64,000 bases of DNA from Cuspidothrix sp. GTDB lineage: Bacteria; Cyanobacteriota; Cyanobacteriia; Cyanobacteriales; Nostocaceae. Below, piece after piece: positions 10,635 through 21,471 of the stretch (positions within the stretch are counted from its first letter, which is position 1; each line of letters opens with the position of its first letter). The notes below the pieces were generated by a model. That model ran no database searches. It saw only the letters and a list, made by a program, of their open reading frames with translations, and was not told where the DNA came from. A program made the translations under genes and the position numbers. The stretch is taken from NCBI GenBank assembly GCA_046080565.1, contig JBJTUF010000092.1, positions 5,135 through 69,134 on the forward strand. Direction: 5' to 3'.

Positions 10635-11159
10635 ATGACCCGTAATCATCTATTACAGCCTGATTTAATTTTACCAGGTTCAATTTTGACTTTAACACCA
10701 GATTTAATCCAACAATATGGGCTTAAAGGTCTAGTATTGGATGTAGATGAAACCTTAGTACCAATCACGGCGGATTCAACTTTTCCAGAATTGCAAATAT
10801 GGGCAGAAACAATTCGTGACTCTACAGCATTATGGTTAGTTAGCAATAATTTAAGTGAAGCGAGAATCGGTAGTATTGCCCGTTCTTTAGATATACCTTA
10901 CTACTTAGGCGCGGCTAAACCCTCCCGCCGCAAAATTCGCGCAGCGTTACAAGAGATGAATTTACCAGCCCATGAAGTCGGGATGGTAGGCGATCGCTTG
11001 TTTACAGATGTTTTAGCGGGTAATCGTTTAGGAATGTTTACAATTTTGGTTGAGCCAATTATCCATCCTGATTTTACAGACCTGCGTACCCACCCCATCC
11101 GTAACATTGAAGTTTGGATATCCGAAATACTAGGGGCATCTATTAACGGGAAGAGTTAG
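10635..11159 (+). CDS. yqeG: YqeG family HAD IIIA phosphatase
   Basis: DVDETLV, VSNN, AAKP and MVGDRLFTDVLAG motifs. Confidence 0.92.
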   Translation: MTRNHLLQPDLILPGSILTLTPDLIQQYGLKGLVLDVDETLVPITADSTFPELQIWAETIRDSTALWLVSNNLSEARIGSIARSLDIPYYLGAAKPSRRKIRAALQEMNLPAHEVGMVGDRLFTDVLAGNRLGMFTILVEPIIHPDFTDLRTHPIRNIEVWISEILGASINGKS

Positions 11160-11444
11160 GGGCGCAGGAGTGCAGGGGTGCAGACAATAATTTCATTCTT
11201 CATTCTGAACTCCTGATAGGGAAGCGTGGTGAAGCCATACTCCTGCCTCCTGCCTTTTAGCATTATGTATTTTTGTGTGGATTTGCATACAAAAATTTAC
11301 AAATTTTGATAATTCGTGAAAAAACTAAACCTAAAGAAATAGTTAAGAAAATCTATAGTTTACAAAAAATAGGCGATCATTAATTTTAATAACATCAGGG
11401 TCAGCCGAAAAAAGACCCTAGCAGATAACAAATAAATATAAACC

Positions 11445-11494
11445 TATACAGCGTCAACCTTCACGATAGAGGGATTGGCGCTGTATAATTTTTT
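11445..11494 (+). terminator. Intrinsic-terminator-like hairpin upstream of proB
   Basis: TATACAGCGTCAA...TTGGCGCTGTATA stem followed by a T-run. Confidence 0.6.
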
Positions 11495-11549
11495 GGAAGT
11501 CTAGCAAGTGACTGTTGACCACTGATAACTGACCACTGACCACTGACTA

Positions 11550-12659
11550 ATGACCAAAACAATTGTTATTAAAATCGGTACTTCCAGTCTTACCCAACCA
11601 GAAACAGGACAATTAGCTCTTTCTAGCATTGCTACTTTAGCGGAAACTCTCTCTGATTTGCGAAGACAGGGACATCGAGTAATTTTAGTTTCATCTGGCG
11701 CGGTGGGCGTAGGTTGTGCGCGGTTAGGTTTAACTGAACGTCCGAAAAATATAGCCTTAAAACAAGCTGTAGCGGCGGTTGGTCAAGGGCGCTTAATGCG
11801 TATATATGATGATTTATTTAGTATTTTACAACAACCTATAGCCCAAGTATTATTAACTAGAGCAGATTTGGTACAACGTAGCCGTTATCTAAATGCCAAT
11901 AACACTTTTCAAGAATTACTTAGTTTAGGAGTAATTCCTGTGGTAAATGAAAATGATACGGTGGCGGTAGAAGAATTAAAATTTGGTGATAATGATACTC
12001 TCTCGGCATTAGTCGCTAGTTTAGTAGAAGCAGACTGGTTATTTTTACTCACGGATGTTGATAGATTATATTCAGCCGATCCCCGTTCCGTACCTGATGC
12101 TAAACCCATTAGTGTGGTTAGCAGTATGCAAGAACTGACAGAACTACAAGTACAAACTGGTGGCCAGGGTTCTCAATGGGGAACAGGGGGAATGATGACA
12201 AAAATTTCTGCGGCCAGAATTGCGATCGCTGCTGGTATCCGCACAGTCATCACCCAAGGAAGATTTCCGCGTAACATTGCCAAAATTATTGAAGGAGAAA
12301 CCATCGGTACACACTTTTTACCCCAACTAGAACCCACTTCAGCCCGGAAACGTTGGATCGCCTATGGTTTGATCCCCGGAGGCAAATTATATTTAGATCC
12401 AGGAGCGATCGCCGCCATTACCAAAGGTGGAAAATCCTTATTAGCAGCAGGTATTAAAGCTGTAGATGGGAAATTTGACAATCAAGAAGCCGTGCAATTA
12501 TATGATACTAATGATCATGAAATTGCTAGAGGGCTGGTAAATTATAGTAGTGACGAATTGCAAAAAATTTGTGGCCGACATTCAAGAGAAATACCCTCAA
12601 TTTTAGGTTATGAAGGCGTAGATACCGTCATACATCGAGATAATTTAGTATTAATTTAA
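11550..12659 (+). CDS. proB: Glutamate 5-kinase
   Basis: [29 protein letters not shown] and C-terminal PUA domain. Confidence 0.97.
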   Translation: MTKTIVIKIGTSSLTQPETGQLALSSIATLAETLSDLRRQGHRVILVSSGAVGVGCARLGLTERPKNIALKQAVAAVGQGRLMRIYDDLFSILQQPIAQVLLTRADLVQRSRYLNANNTFQELLSLGVIPVVNENDTVAVEELKFGDNDTLSALVASLVEADWLFLLTDVDRLYSADPRSVPDAKPISVVSSMQELTELQVQTGGQGSQWGTGGMMTKISAARIAIAAGIRTVITQGRFPRNIAKIIEGETIGTHFLPQLEPTSARKRWIAYGLIPGGKLYLDPGAIAAITKGGKSLLAAGIKAVDGKFDNQEAVQLYDTNDHEIARGLVNYSSDELQKICGRHSREIPSILGYEGVDTVIHRDNLVLI

Positions 12660-12885
12660 CAACCCTTCGGGCGAGGTAGAGGGTAGGAGGCAGGAGGTAA
12701 AATTTTTAATTAATTAAGAATCAAGTCTTTTTACCTGCACCATTTGAGTTTAAATCCTCCGCCACCATTTTTTGATTTGGTGGTCTTCAATTAGAGGTAG
12801 GTTTGAATCATCCTCAAATTAGGCTTCTGCCTCCTGCCTTTTAACTCCTACCTCTTTCAAATTACCAATTACCCATTACCAAATT

Positions 12886-14073
12886 GTGAACTTACTGCGT
12901 TTAATCCCCATTTTTGATAATAGTGTTTCTACCTGGTCTTTAGAAGCTCGTTTATTACGTTGGCTAACATTAACATGGATGTTTATCGGACTAATAATAC
13001 TATTTTCTGCATCCTATGCTGTAGCTGATGAACGCCAGGGTGACGGGTTATTTTATTTCAAACGTCAAATTCTTTGGGGTATCGTTGCCTTAATTATTTT
13101 CAACATCATTGTTAATTTGCCATTGCGGAAAATTTTAGGAGTATCTCATTGGTTTTTAATATTTTTCCTGTTCTTAATTTTTGTGACATTAATCCCAGGA
13201 TTAGGAAAAAAAGCCTTTGATGCAGCCAGATGGATAGCTATTGGACCAATTCCCATTCAACCATCAGAATTAATTAAACCATTTTTAGTATTACAAAGTG
13301 CCACACTTTTTAGCAAATGGGAAAAACTATCTTGGGAAATACGTTTATCTTGGTTAGGTGTTTTTAGTCTTGTCTTATTAGGAATATTAGCTCAACCTAA
13401 TTTAAGTACCACAGCACTTTGTGGAATGACAATTTGGTTTATTGCCTTAGCAGCAGGATTACCCTATAAATACCTGGGAGGAACAGCCCTTGGTGGTGTA
13501 ATTTTAGCCTTACTGAGTATTAGCATCAGAGAATATCAACGTAAACGGATTATGTCCTTTATGAATCCTTGGGCTGATCCGACAGGAGATGGTTATCAAT
13601 TAGTACAAAGTTTACTAGCTGTAGGTTCAGGTCAAACTTGGGGGGCTGGGTTTGGACTTTCTCAACAGAAGTTATTTTATTTACCAATCCAAGATACTGA
13701 TTTTATCTTTGCAATTTTTTCTGAAGAATTTGGTTTTGTGGGAGGTATTTTACTATTACTAATGTTAGCCTTATTTGCCACTATAGGATTAATTATTGCC
13801 CTGAAATCTAAAAATCTCACATCCCAATTAGTCGCCATTGGTGTGGTAGTGGTAATGATTGGTCAATCACTATTACATATTGGTGTAACTACAGGTGCAT
13901 TACCAACTACAGGTTTGCCTCTACCCATGTTTAGTTATGGTGGTAACTCCATGATTGCTAGTTTAATATCTTCGGCTTTACTAATTCGAGTAGCCAGAGA
14001 AAGCAGTGAAGCAGAAGTAATTCCCCTCCGTAAAACACCATCGGAAAATCGGGCAAGAAGACGATTTTTTTAG
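12886..14073 (+). CDS. ftsW: SEDS family FtsW/RodA peptidoglycan polymerase
   Basis: RWI...IQPSE, YLPIQDTDFIFAIFSEEFG and LPMFSYGGNS motifs; multi-TM. Confidence 0.9.
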   Translation: MNLLRLIPIFDNSVSTWSLEARLLRWLTLTWMFIGLIILFSASYAVADERQGDGLFYFKRQILWGIVALIIFNIIVNLPLRKILGVSHWFLIFFLFLIFVTLIPGLGKKAFDAARWIAIGPIPIQPSELIKPFLVLQSATLFSKWEKLSWEIRLSWLGVFSLVLLGILAQPNLSTTALCGMTIWFIALAAGLPYKYLGGTALGGVILALLSISIREYQRKRIMSFMNPWADPTGDGYQLVQSLLAVGSGQTWGAGFGLSQQKLFYLPIQDTDFIFAIFSEEFGFVGGILLLLMLALFATIGLIIALKSKNLTSQLVAIGVVVVMIGQSLLHIGVTTGALPTTGLPLPMFSYGGNSMIASLISSALLIRVARESSEAEVIPLRKTPSENRARRRFF

Positions 14074-14253
14074 AATTATGCTACATCTACCGATTGCTAA
14101 AATATTCTTAAGGGGAATTTTAGATTTTAGTTAGATAAAAAATTGCTTATAATTTCCGTCCTTGAGGACAGAAAAATCTTCCTTTAACAGAAATTCAAAA
14201 AAATTAATATAAAAAATCAGAGTTAGGTTATATAATAACGGCTGATTGATATC

Positions 14254-14342
14254 ATAGCACAAAGCAGGAGGCAGAAGGGAAAGCCTTGTTATATACAGGT
14301 TTCAAGGACTAATAATGTCCTAATTATCCTGGCTACAGCTAT
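14254..14342. repeat. ~85-bp dispersed repeat (ATAGC...CCTGGCTACAGCTAT)
   Basis: Copies at 18959..19038 (same orientation) and 29014..29102 (inverted). Confidence 0.8.
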
Positions 14343-14371
14343 ATCTATAAAATTCAACCTGGATTAAAACT

Positions 14372-14623
14372 ATGGATGAAGAACAACGTCGCGCTTATTG
14401 GCGTGAGAATACCGCTTTAATTAGAAATCTTTTAATTATTTGGGCTTTAGCTGCCATTGTGTTTAGTATCTTGCTAGTTCAACCATTAAATTCAATTCGC
14501 TTTTTTGGTCTTCCTTTTGGTTTTTGGATGGCACAACAAGGATCTATTTTGATTTTTGTAGGCTTAATTTTTACCTATGCTTTCCAAATGGATAAATTAG
14601 ATCGCAAATATAATAAGAAGTGA
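14372..14623 (+). CDS. DUF4212 small subunit of solute:sodium symporter
   Basis: YWREN...GFWMAQQGS motif, directly upstream of an SSS transporter. Confidence 0.88.
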   Translation: MDEEQRRAYWRENTALIRNLLIIWALAAIVFSILLVQPLNSIRFFGLPFGFWMAQQGSILIFVGLIFTYAFQMDKLDRKYNKK

Positions 14624-14632
14624 GGATAAATA

Positions 14633-16288
14633 GTGTCAGTCGAACTTTGGACGATTTTAATAGTAGGACTTTCTTTTGTTCTATATATTTATATTGGTTG
14701 GCAATCACGGGTAGAAAATACCAAGGATTTCTTTATTGCTGGCCAGGGTATTCCCTCCATTGCCAATGGTGCAGCAACAGCAGCAGATTGGATGTCTGCG
14801 GCTTCGTTTATTTCCATGGCTGGGTTAATTTCTACCTTGGGTTATGATGGTTCAATTTATTTGATGGGGTGGACAGGTGGCTATGTTTTATTAGCTTTAT
14901 TATTAGCCCCATATTTACGGAAATTCGGTAAATATACTGTACCAGATTTTGTGGGCGATCGCTATAAATCAAATCTCGCTCGTTTAGTTGCTGTAGTTGC
15001 TGCTATTTTTATTTCTCTTACCTACGTCGCTGGGCAAATGCGTGGTGTAGGAATTGTATTTAGCCGCTTTTTACAAGTTGATATTAATACTGGTGTAATT
15101 ATTGGTATAGTTATCGTCGGCTTTTTTGCGGTTTTAGGTGGGATGAAAGGGATTACTTGGACACAAGTTGCCCAATATGCCATCTTAATTTTAGCGTACC
15201 TGATTCCTGCCATTGCGATCGCCTTTATTCTCACAGGAAATCCTTTTCCCCAATTAGCCTTTACCTTTAGTGATATTGCTGATAAATTAAATCAAATTCA
15301 GACTGATTTAGGTTTTGCCCAATATACCCAACCTTTTGCTAACAAAAGCATGATAGATGTTCTATTCATTGCTATTGCTTTAATGGTAGGTACTGCTGGT
15401 TTACCTCATATTATCGTTCGGTTTTATACAGTTCCTAGTGTAAGGGCAGCGAGATTTTCCGCAGGTTGGGCATTATTATTTATTGCCATTCTTTACACCA
15501 CAGCCCCAGCTTTATCCATGTTTTCTCGCTACAATTTAATTACATCTTTGCACAATCATACAGTAGCAGAAATCAGCCAATTAGATTGGGCTAATAAATG
15601 GGAAAAAACCAAACTTCTGACTTTTGAAGATAAAAATCAAGATGGTAAATTTCAATTAACTCCTAAAAAAGAAACTAATGAAATTACCATTGACAATGAT
15701 ATTATTGTCCTCTCAACTCCCGAAGTCGCAAATCTTCCTGCTTGGGTAATAGCTTTAGTCGCAGCAGGTAGTTTAGCAGCAGCTTTATCCACAGCTTCCG
15801 GGCTATTATTAGTAATTTCTAGTTCCGTTGCCCATGATCTTTACTATCGCATTTTCGATTCTACGGCTTCAGAAGAAAAACGAGTATTTGTTGGGCGCGT
15901 TGTTGTTGGTTTTGCCCTAGTTTTAGCGGGTTATTTTGGTGTCAATCCTCCTGGTTTTGTTTCTCAGGTGGTAGCTTTTGCTTTTGGTTTAGCGGCTGCG
16001 AGTTTTTTCCCAGTCATAGTATTAGGAATTTTTGATAAACGTACAAACTCCGAAGGTGCAATTGCCGGAATGTTGACAGGTTTAATTTTCACCATGATAT
16101 ATATTATTGGGGTGAAATTTGGCGACATGACACCTTGGTTTTTTGGCGTTTCTGGTGAAGGTATTGGTACTTTAGGGATGGTAATTAATTTTATTGTCAC
16201 TATTGTAGTTTCTCGTTTAACTCCTCCACCATCCGCAGATATTCAAGCCTTAGTGGAAGATTTACGCACCCCTAGTTTTGAAGAATAA
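14633..16288 (+). CDS. actP: Cation/acetate symporter ActP-like (SSS family)
   Basis: ADWMSAASF, GGMKGITWTQV and GTAGLPHIIVRFYTV motifs. Confidence 0.88.
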   Translation: MSVELWTILIVGLSFVLYIYIGWQSRVENTKDFFIAGQGIPSIANGAATAADWMSAASFISMAGLISTLGYDGSIYLMGWTGGYVLLALLLAPYLRKFGKYTVPDFVGDRYKSNLARLVAVVAAIFISLTYVAGQMRGVGIVFSRFLQVDINTGVIIGIVIVGFFAVLGGMKGITWTQVAQYAILILAYLIPAIAIAFILTGNPFPQLAFTFSDIADKLNQIQTDLGFAQYTQPFANKSMIDVLFIAIALMVGTAGLPHIIVRFYTVPSVRAARFSAGWALLFIAILYTTAPALSMFSRYNLITSLHNHTVAEISQLDWANKWEKTKLLTFEDKNQDGKFQLTPKKETNEITIDNDIIVLSTPEVANLPAWVIALVAAGSLAAALSTASGLLLVISSSVAHDLYYRIFDSTASEEKRVFVGRVVVGFALVLAGYFGVNPPGFVSQVVAFAFGLAAASFFPVIVLGIFDKRTNSEGAIAGMLTGLIFTMIYIIGVKFGDMTPWFFGVSGEGIGTLGMVINFIVTIVVSRLTPPPSADIQALVEDLRTPSFEE

Positions 16289-16345
16289 TGATTGGTAATT
16301 GGTGATTGGGAACAAATTGATTACCCATTACCCATTACCCATTAC

Positions 16346-17188
16346 CTATTTACCCAATTCCTCAATATTCTTCATTGCTTGTTGATATAGTTCCTTGTTT
16401 CCTTCTTTGTCAAAAAGAGCAGCAGCCCGTTGTAAATCTTTTAATGCCCCGCGTTTATCACCACTTGCAGCATAGGCGTTACCACGATTATTAAAAGCAG
16501 CCGCAAAATTAGGATTAATCCGAATAGCTTCATTATAATCAGCGATCGCTTTTTGCTGTTCTCCCCTCGAAGAGTAAGCATTACCGCGATTATTATAAGC
16601 TACAGAATATCCCTGATCTATGCGAATTGCTTGGGTATAGTCTTCTAGCGCCCCATTTTTATCACCTTGATTAGCACGGGCATTGCCCCTATTATTGTAC
16701 ACTTCTGCATATTTAGGAGCAAGATTAATGGCTTGATTATAATCCGCAATAGCCGCCCTATAATTGCCCATAGAGGTATAAGCATTACCACGATTATTAT
16801 AGGTTTCCGCATCATTCCCATTGAGACTTAGTGCCTTATTATAATCAGCGATCGCTCTCTCTTTATTACCAATATCAAAATAAACTAATCCCCGACTTTT
16901 AAAAGCTGCTGCATATTCTGGGTTAAGACCAATTGATTTACTATAGGCAGCAATTGCGGCCTGGGAATTGCCTTTTAAATGTTGAGTTTGTCCCTGAATA
17001 TAAAATTCTTCAGCTTTCGATATTTTTCCTCTCTGTGGAGTAGGCGTACTTACCCCAATTTCTGTAACTAATACATCTGGATTATTACTGCAAGAAACGC
17101 AAATAATAGTGGTAAAAATGGTAAACAAGAAAATATTCAAAGCTTTGTTTACCTGTCGCTGTTTGTGTCTAAATAACTGCCATTTCAT
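16346..17188 (-). CDS. TPR-repeat (lipo)protein
   Basis: Repeated YNNRGNA..AIADY TPR units and N-terminal signal/lipobox; CTA at 16346 and CAT at 17186-17188 show the minus strand (track strand label is wrong). Confidence 0.9.
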   Translation of the reverse strand: MKWQLFRHKQRQVNKALNIFLFTIFTTIICVSCSNNPDVLVTEIGVSTPTPQRGKISKAEEFYIQGQTQHLKGNSQAAIAAYSKSIGLNPEYAAAFKSRGLVYFDIGNKERAIADYNKALSLNGNDAETYNNRGNAYTSMGNYRAAIADYNQAINLAPKYAEVYNNRGNARANQGDKNGALEDYTQAIRIDQGYSVAYNNRGNAYSSRGEQQKAIADYNEAIRINPNFAAAFNNRGNAYAASGDKRGALKDLQRAAALFDKEGNKELYQQAMKNIEELGK

Positions 17189-17695
17189 AATTTACTATAA
17201 ATCGTCATTATACCTAGAACAAATCATTAACTAAATTGCTTTATTCCTTCTGCAATATTCACCCCTTATCAGCAGATTTCCTGACATTATCGTGAATTAA
17301 TAAATAATTTTACTGAGTCAATCCCTGTATTTTTCTCAAAATACCTAAAATCATATATTTACTAATAGTAATCACCTGTAGCTTTTATCAATCTCATGAG
17401 GTAAAACCTAATTTATTTACTGTTTCTTGTTACCTGTTCCTAAAACTAAAAAAACTCTCTACCTCACCAGCTTGATAAATAATATATTTACATTTAGATT
17501 ATTACTCAACTACTATTGATAATTCTGTTAATTTTGTTAGCAATTTCCAAAAAAAGGTATGCTATTATGTTAAAATTTAGCGTGAAATCATCAACTCATT
17601 CAGATTTGATTTATTGATCAACGTAATTTTCAAAATAAACCACTTCAGGTACACAGAGTGCAGAGGTAGAGAAAAAGAGGTGTTCATAAGTAGTT

Positions 17696-17784
17696 AAACT
17701 TACGCAAAACCTACTTCAAATACTGTCATTACGATGTAAGGAAGCAATCTCAAACCCAGACATTTCATTAAAGTGCTTAAGTCC
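17696..17784. mobile_element. 89-bp GGACTTACGCA-family MITE (degenerate ends)
   Basis: Aligns to the 7701 and 47863 copies. Confidence 0.75.
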
Positions 17785-17896
17785 TAAATACAACAAACTG
17801 CACATACATAAGGTACAAACTCAACAACCAAAATCCAAGCAAAAAGTATGTTTCACATCTTGCATTCTGCTATAGTACAGGATTGATATAATTGAG

Positions 17897-18811
17897 TTAA
17901 TCTTCTGAATTTTCCGGTTTCTGAGGAGTTATTTTCCAATAAGTGTTTATATCAATATTGACAGGCAATTTTTCTAAATTAACTCCTAAGTTTTTCCGTA
18001 TATCTTCGGTTAAAGTAATAGTAAAATCTAAATCAACCCCTTGATTCTCGATCAACTGTCTCAATTCTTGAAATTGAGTTTTGAAAGTTTTTCTCTCATA
18101 GCAAGTTAGTTTACAATAGGATGTTTCTCCTACATTTTGCGCTAACATAGCTTGCTTAACTCGTTCTTGCAAATGCTCAAATTCAGATTTAAGTATTTTT
18201 TGTTGTTGTTCAATTTCCACATATCTAGCAGTCAATAAACTTAAATTTTCACCACTGGGATCTATATTTAACTCTGACTCTATTGTTGATAACTTTAAAT
18301 ATACTTGAGCTAGATAAATACAATCAAGATAGGCATATTCTATCTGTTCTGCTGTTAATGGTCTTTTTCCCCAATCACCGCTTTGTTCTTGTTTATCAAT
18401 TCCATGAAAATTACAAAGTTGAGTAGCTAAAGTTTGCAGTTGATAGTTAGGTACGGGTAATAAATAAGCAGGAATTTTCTTAGCTTTTGCTAAAGTACAA
18501 GTAACATTTTTCGCTTTTTTACCTCCTAAAAATTTCAGATCATAACTAGCATTATGAAAAACCTTTTCAATTCTATCATTATTCATAATCTGATCAATAA
18601 AATCAGCAATTACATCTGACTGATTGAGAACATCTAACAAAAAGACGCGATCGCCAGTCATATCTTTAGGATCGTCCAATACCTGAATTAGTGATAATCT
18701 AGGATTAGGACTTTTATAATCAGCAATTTCTGTATCTATCCACAAAATTTTAGTTTTGCTATATTCAGCAATGAGAGAACTAATTTCCCTAGCAGCAGTA
18801 ATATAAGGCAT
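17897..18811 (-). CDS. RNase D-like DEDDy 3'-5' exonuclease with coiled-coil C-terminus
   Basis: IDTE, FHNASYD and DWGKRPL...YAYLD motifs. Confidence 0.85.
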   Translation of the reverse strand: MPYITAAREISSLIAEYSKTKILWIDTEIADYKSPNPRLSLIQVLDDPKDMTGDRVFLLDVLNQSDVIADFIDQIMNNDRIEKVFHNASYDLKFLGGKKAKNVTCTLAKAKKIPAYLLPVPNYQLQTLATQLCNFHGIDKQEQSGDWGKRPLTAEQIEYAYLDCIYLAQVYLKLSTIESELNIDPSGENLSLLTARYVEIEQQQKILKSEFEHLQERVKQAMLAQNVGETSYCKLTCYERKTFKTQFQELRQLIENQGVDLDFTITLTEDIRKNLGVNLEKLPVNIDINTYWKITPQKPENSED

Positions 18812-18861
18812 TGGTAGATGTCGGAAGATTTGAATTTATTTTGCTACACTAATATTTTATA

Positions 18862-18952
18862 GGACTTACGCATTTTAACGAAATGCAGGGGTTTGAGATT
18901 GCTTCCTTACCTCGCAATGACACAGTATTTGAAGTATGTTCTGCGTAAGTCT
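18862..18952. mobile_element. GGACTTACGCA-family MITE
   Basis: TIRs present; inverted relative to 7701. Confidence 0.8.
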
Positions 18953-18958
18953 AGTTTT

Positions 18959-19038
18959 ATAGCAGAAGGCAGGAGAAAAAGCCTTGTTATATATCTTGCA
19001 AGGATTCATAATGTCCTAAATATCCTGGCTACAGCTAT
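18959..19038. repeat. CCTGGCTACAGCTAT-family repeat
   Basis: Matches the 14254 copy. Confidence 0.75.
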
Positions 19039-19272
19039 ATAAATCCTACACAAAGGAAAAATCGCTCCCTCCTATCTAACTCTTGAAACTGTAACCTAGC
19101 CCTCACAAATAACTTTTTGGTGCAAACCCTACTTATACCATTTCTTTATGAGGCTGCGCCTAATTCTTTAATCTTCTGTTTTCCTCCTCTGTGTCCTCTG
19201 CGGTTCGTTCCTATCTAAATTTGGCGTATCTTTATACAGAATTGGTATTAGCACAGAAAAAATATCCATGAA

Positions 19273-19302
19273 AAAAGCTCAGGAATTAGTGCCTGAGCTT
19301 TT
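19273..19302 (-). terminator. Intrinsic terminator downstream of rbp
   Basis: AAAAGCTCAGG/CCTGAGCTTTT stem with A/T tails. Confidence 0.7.
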
Positions 19303-19360
19303 GGTAAATTAAATTATCTTAATATTTGAGGCAGATATACATCCATCCCAATGGAAGCTA

Positions 19361-19675
19361 TCAGTAGCGGTTATTGCGGAAATTACCACCGCCACCACCA
19401 CGATTTCCACCAAAAGAACCGCCTCCACGCTCTTCTCTGGGTTTAGCTTTGTTCACTTTCAAATCGCGTCCCATCCATTCAGCACCATCTAAGGCTTCAA
19501 TTGCTGCTTCTTCTTGAGCATCAGATTCCATTTCAACAAAACCAAAACCGCGTAGTCTACCTGTTTCTCTGTCAGTAGGTAATTGTACACGCTTTACAGT
19601 ACCATATTCCGCAAAAACTGAACTTAAAGCTTCTTGGGTAACTTGATAAGAAAGATTGCCTACATAAATTGACAT
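19361..19675 (-). CDS. rbp: RRM RNA-binding protein with Gly-rich tail (Rbp class I)
   Basis: SIYVGNLS (RNP2), RGFGFVEM (RNP1) and glycine-rich C-terminus. Confidence 0.95.
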   Translation of the reverse strand: MSIYVGNLSYQVTQEALSSVFAEYGTVKRVQLPTDRETGRLRGFGFVEMESDAQEEAAIEALDGAEWMGRDLKVNKAKPREERGGGSFGGNRGGGGGNFRNNRY

Positions 19676-19682
19676 AAATCTG

Positions 19683-19785
19683 CTCCAAAATCATAAGAGT
19701 GTAGAGATTTAGATTTCGGAGAAAAGTCTGTAAATACCAATGGTAAAAAGCCGATCAATACTAAAAACAAACGTGGTCCACCGAA
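19683..19785 (-). promoter_or_regulatory. Conserved rbp 5'-UTR boxes (cold regulation)
   Basis: Minus strand reads TTCGGTGG (box III-like), TTTGTTTTTAGT (box II), TCTCCGAA (box I) and TTTGGAG (RBS), as described for cyanobacterial rbp genes. Confidence 0.75.
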
Positions 19786-19939
19786 TTACTTCTCGAATAG
19801 GATTATAGCATAAAAAATTTATATGTGGGGCAGTAAATTAAAAAAATTAATCATCTAAGTAAGTTCATGTAAAAAATTGTCGCTATGGTAAGGCAGGAGG
19901 CAGAGGGAGAAGAGGGTAAAAGGCAATACAAAGATCATT

Positions 19940-20028
19940 GGACTTACGCATTTTAACGAAATGTAGGGGTTTGAGATTGCTTCTTTACTTCGCAATGACA
20001 GTGTTTGAAGTAGGTTTGGCGTAAATCC
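19940..20028. mobile_element. GGACTTACGCA-family MITE
   Basis: 89 bp with TIRs; near-identical to 18862. Confidence 0.8.
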
Positions 20029-20063
20029 AGGATCAATATTCTGCCCCCGCACTCCTGCCTCCT

Positions 20064-21194
20064 TTATCCCCACAATCTTCTACCTGGTTTTCCTTGTAGT
20101 CGTTGATGGGTGTCTGTGAGTAAAGCAGGAATATCTAATTTTTCGGGACATTTGGGCAAACAATCGCCACATTCTGTACATCGGTTGGCTTTCATACCAG
20201 GAAACCAATGACCAGCATTTTCAAACATGGCATAACGATACTTACCATAATCGGTCATATCATAGGCTACAGCTAAATTTCTTAATCTTAAAACTTCGGG
20301 AATGTGAATATTTTCTGGGCAAGGTAAACAAGCATAACATTGGCTACATTTATCCGTTGATAAGACCTGTTTTTGTTGCTGTGATAATTTTTCTAAAATA
20401 GCAATTTCAGTTTTTGTTAATTCATTGGCATAATCGAAAAGGTCTGAAGCAATGTCTAATTCTTCTGGATTGGCTGGACCAATACTCAAGGTAGTAATAC
20501 GGTTGTCATTTAGTAAAAAGCGATAGTTAAAATTTAAGGGTGTCAAGGGATAACAAAGTTCTGTTAAAGTTGGAGGTGGAGTATATAATTTTCCGCCTTT
20601 ATCAGCAGGAGAAATAATAAAAATACCCATATTTTTTTTTGCTGCTAACTCAATAGCTGGGGCATTATGTTGGAAAAAATAATAATAATGAAGATTGATA
20701 AAATCAAATAAGTCTGTATTGATAGCAGCTAAAATAATATCTAATGATGCGTGGGTAGAAAAGCCAATGTGTCTAACTTTGCCATCATTGAGAGCTTTAT
20801 GGACAGCTTGCATACAACCGTTTTTGGATTGTACCCATTCTAAATGTTGCCAAGTATTTAAACCATGAATTCCCAAACAATCGAGGTAATCTATATTTAG
20901 TCGGTTTAAGGAATCATCAATATACTGATCCATGGTATCAGTATCAGGTGTAGGGGGAATTTTGGTGGTAATATAAAGTTGATCACGGGGGAGTGATAAC
21001 CCGGCTTTGATAGCTGTCCCCAAATATGTTTCGCTGTCGCCATAGCCTCTGGCTGTTTCTAAATGATTAATGCCTAAAGATAAAGCTTTTTCAATAGTTT
21101 GGTAGACATTTTTGCTATCATTTAAATAGCGCATTGTTCCTAAAGAAAAAACAGAAAGCTGTAAATTAGTTTTACCAAAACGACGGTATTGCAT
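20064..21194 (-). CDS. Aldo/keto reductase with C-terminal 4Fe-4S dicluster
   Basis: YRRFGKT, ETARGYG, CxxCxxCxPCP and CTECGDCLPKCP; ATG at 21194 preferred. Confidence 0.9.
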   Translation of the reverse strand: MQYRRFGKTNLQLSVFSLGTMRYLNDSKNVYQTIEKALSLGINHLETARGYGDSETYLGTAIKAGLSLPRDQLYITTKIPPTPDTDTMDQYIDDSLNRLNIDYLDCLGIHGLNTWQHLEWVQSKNGCMQAVHKALNDGKVRHIGFSTHASLDIILAAINTDLFDFINLHYYYFFQHNAPAIELAAKKNMGIFIISPADKGGKLYTPPPTLTELCYPLTPLNFNYRFLLNDNRITTLSIGPANPEELDIASDLFDYANELTKTEIAILEKLSQQQKQVLSTDKCSQCYACLPCPENIHIPEVLRLRNLAVAYDMTDYGKYRYAMFENAGHWFPGMKANRCTECGDCLPKCPEKLDIPALLTDTHQRLQGKPGRRLWG

Positions 21195-21471
21195 ATAGGT
21201 GATTGGTAAGTTATCATCGCTGTATAAATTATAGGTCAAACCTGATAGTTATAAGTAGTTGTGTAAAATAAATTTCATATTTAGGAGAGAGAAATCTTAA
21301 CAGGGAACAGGTAAAGTTTAGAGAAATTTGTTCTTCAATAAATATGGGCAATTAATTTTAGCTAGGTATTTAAAATTTGCGATGATCATCATTGTCGAGG
21401 TTAAGAAAAAATGGAGAAATTTGAGATTTTTGATAACTTTCTTGTTTTTCTCCATTCTCATTATTTATAAC

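Noticed and set aside
16346-17188. Track strand label + for the TPR ORF (same problem for 60396..61730)
   Set aside because: The sequence has CTA at the low end and CAT at the high end, so both genes are on the minus strand
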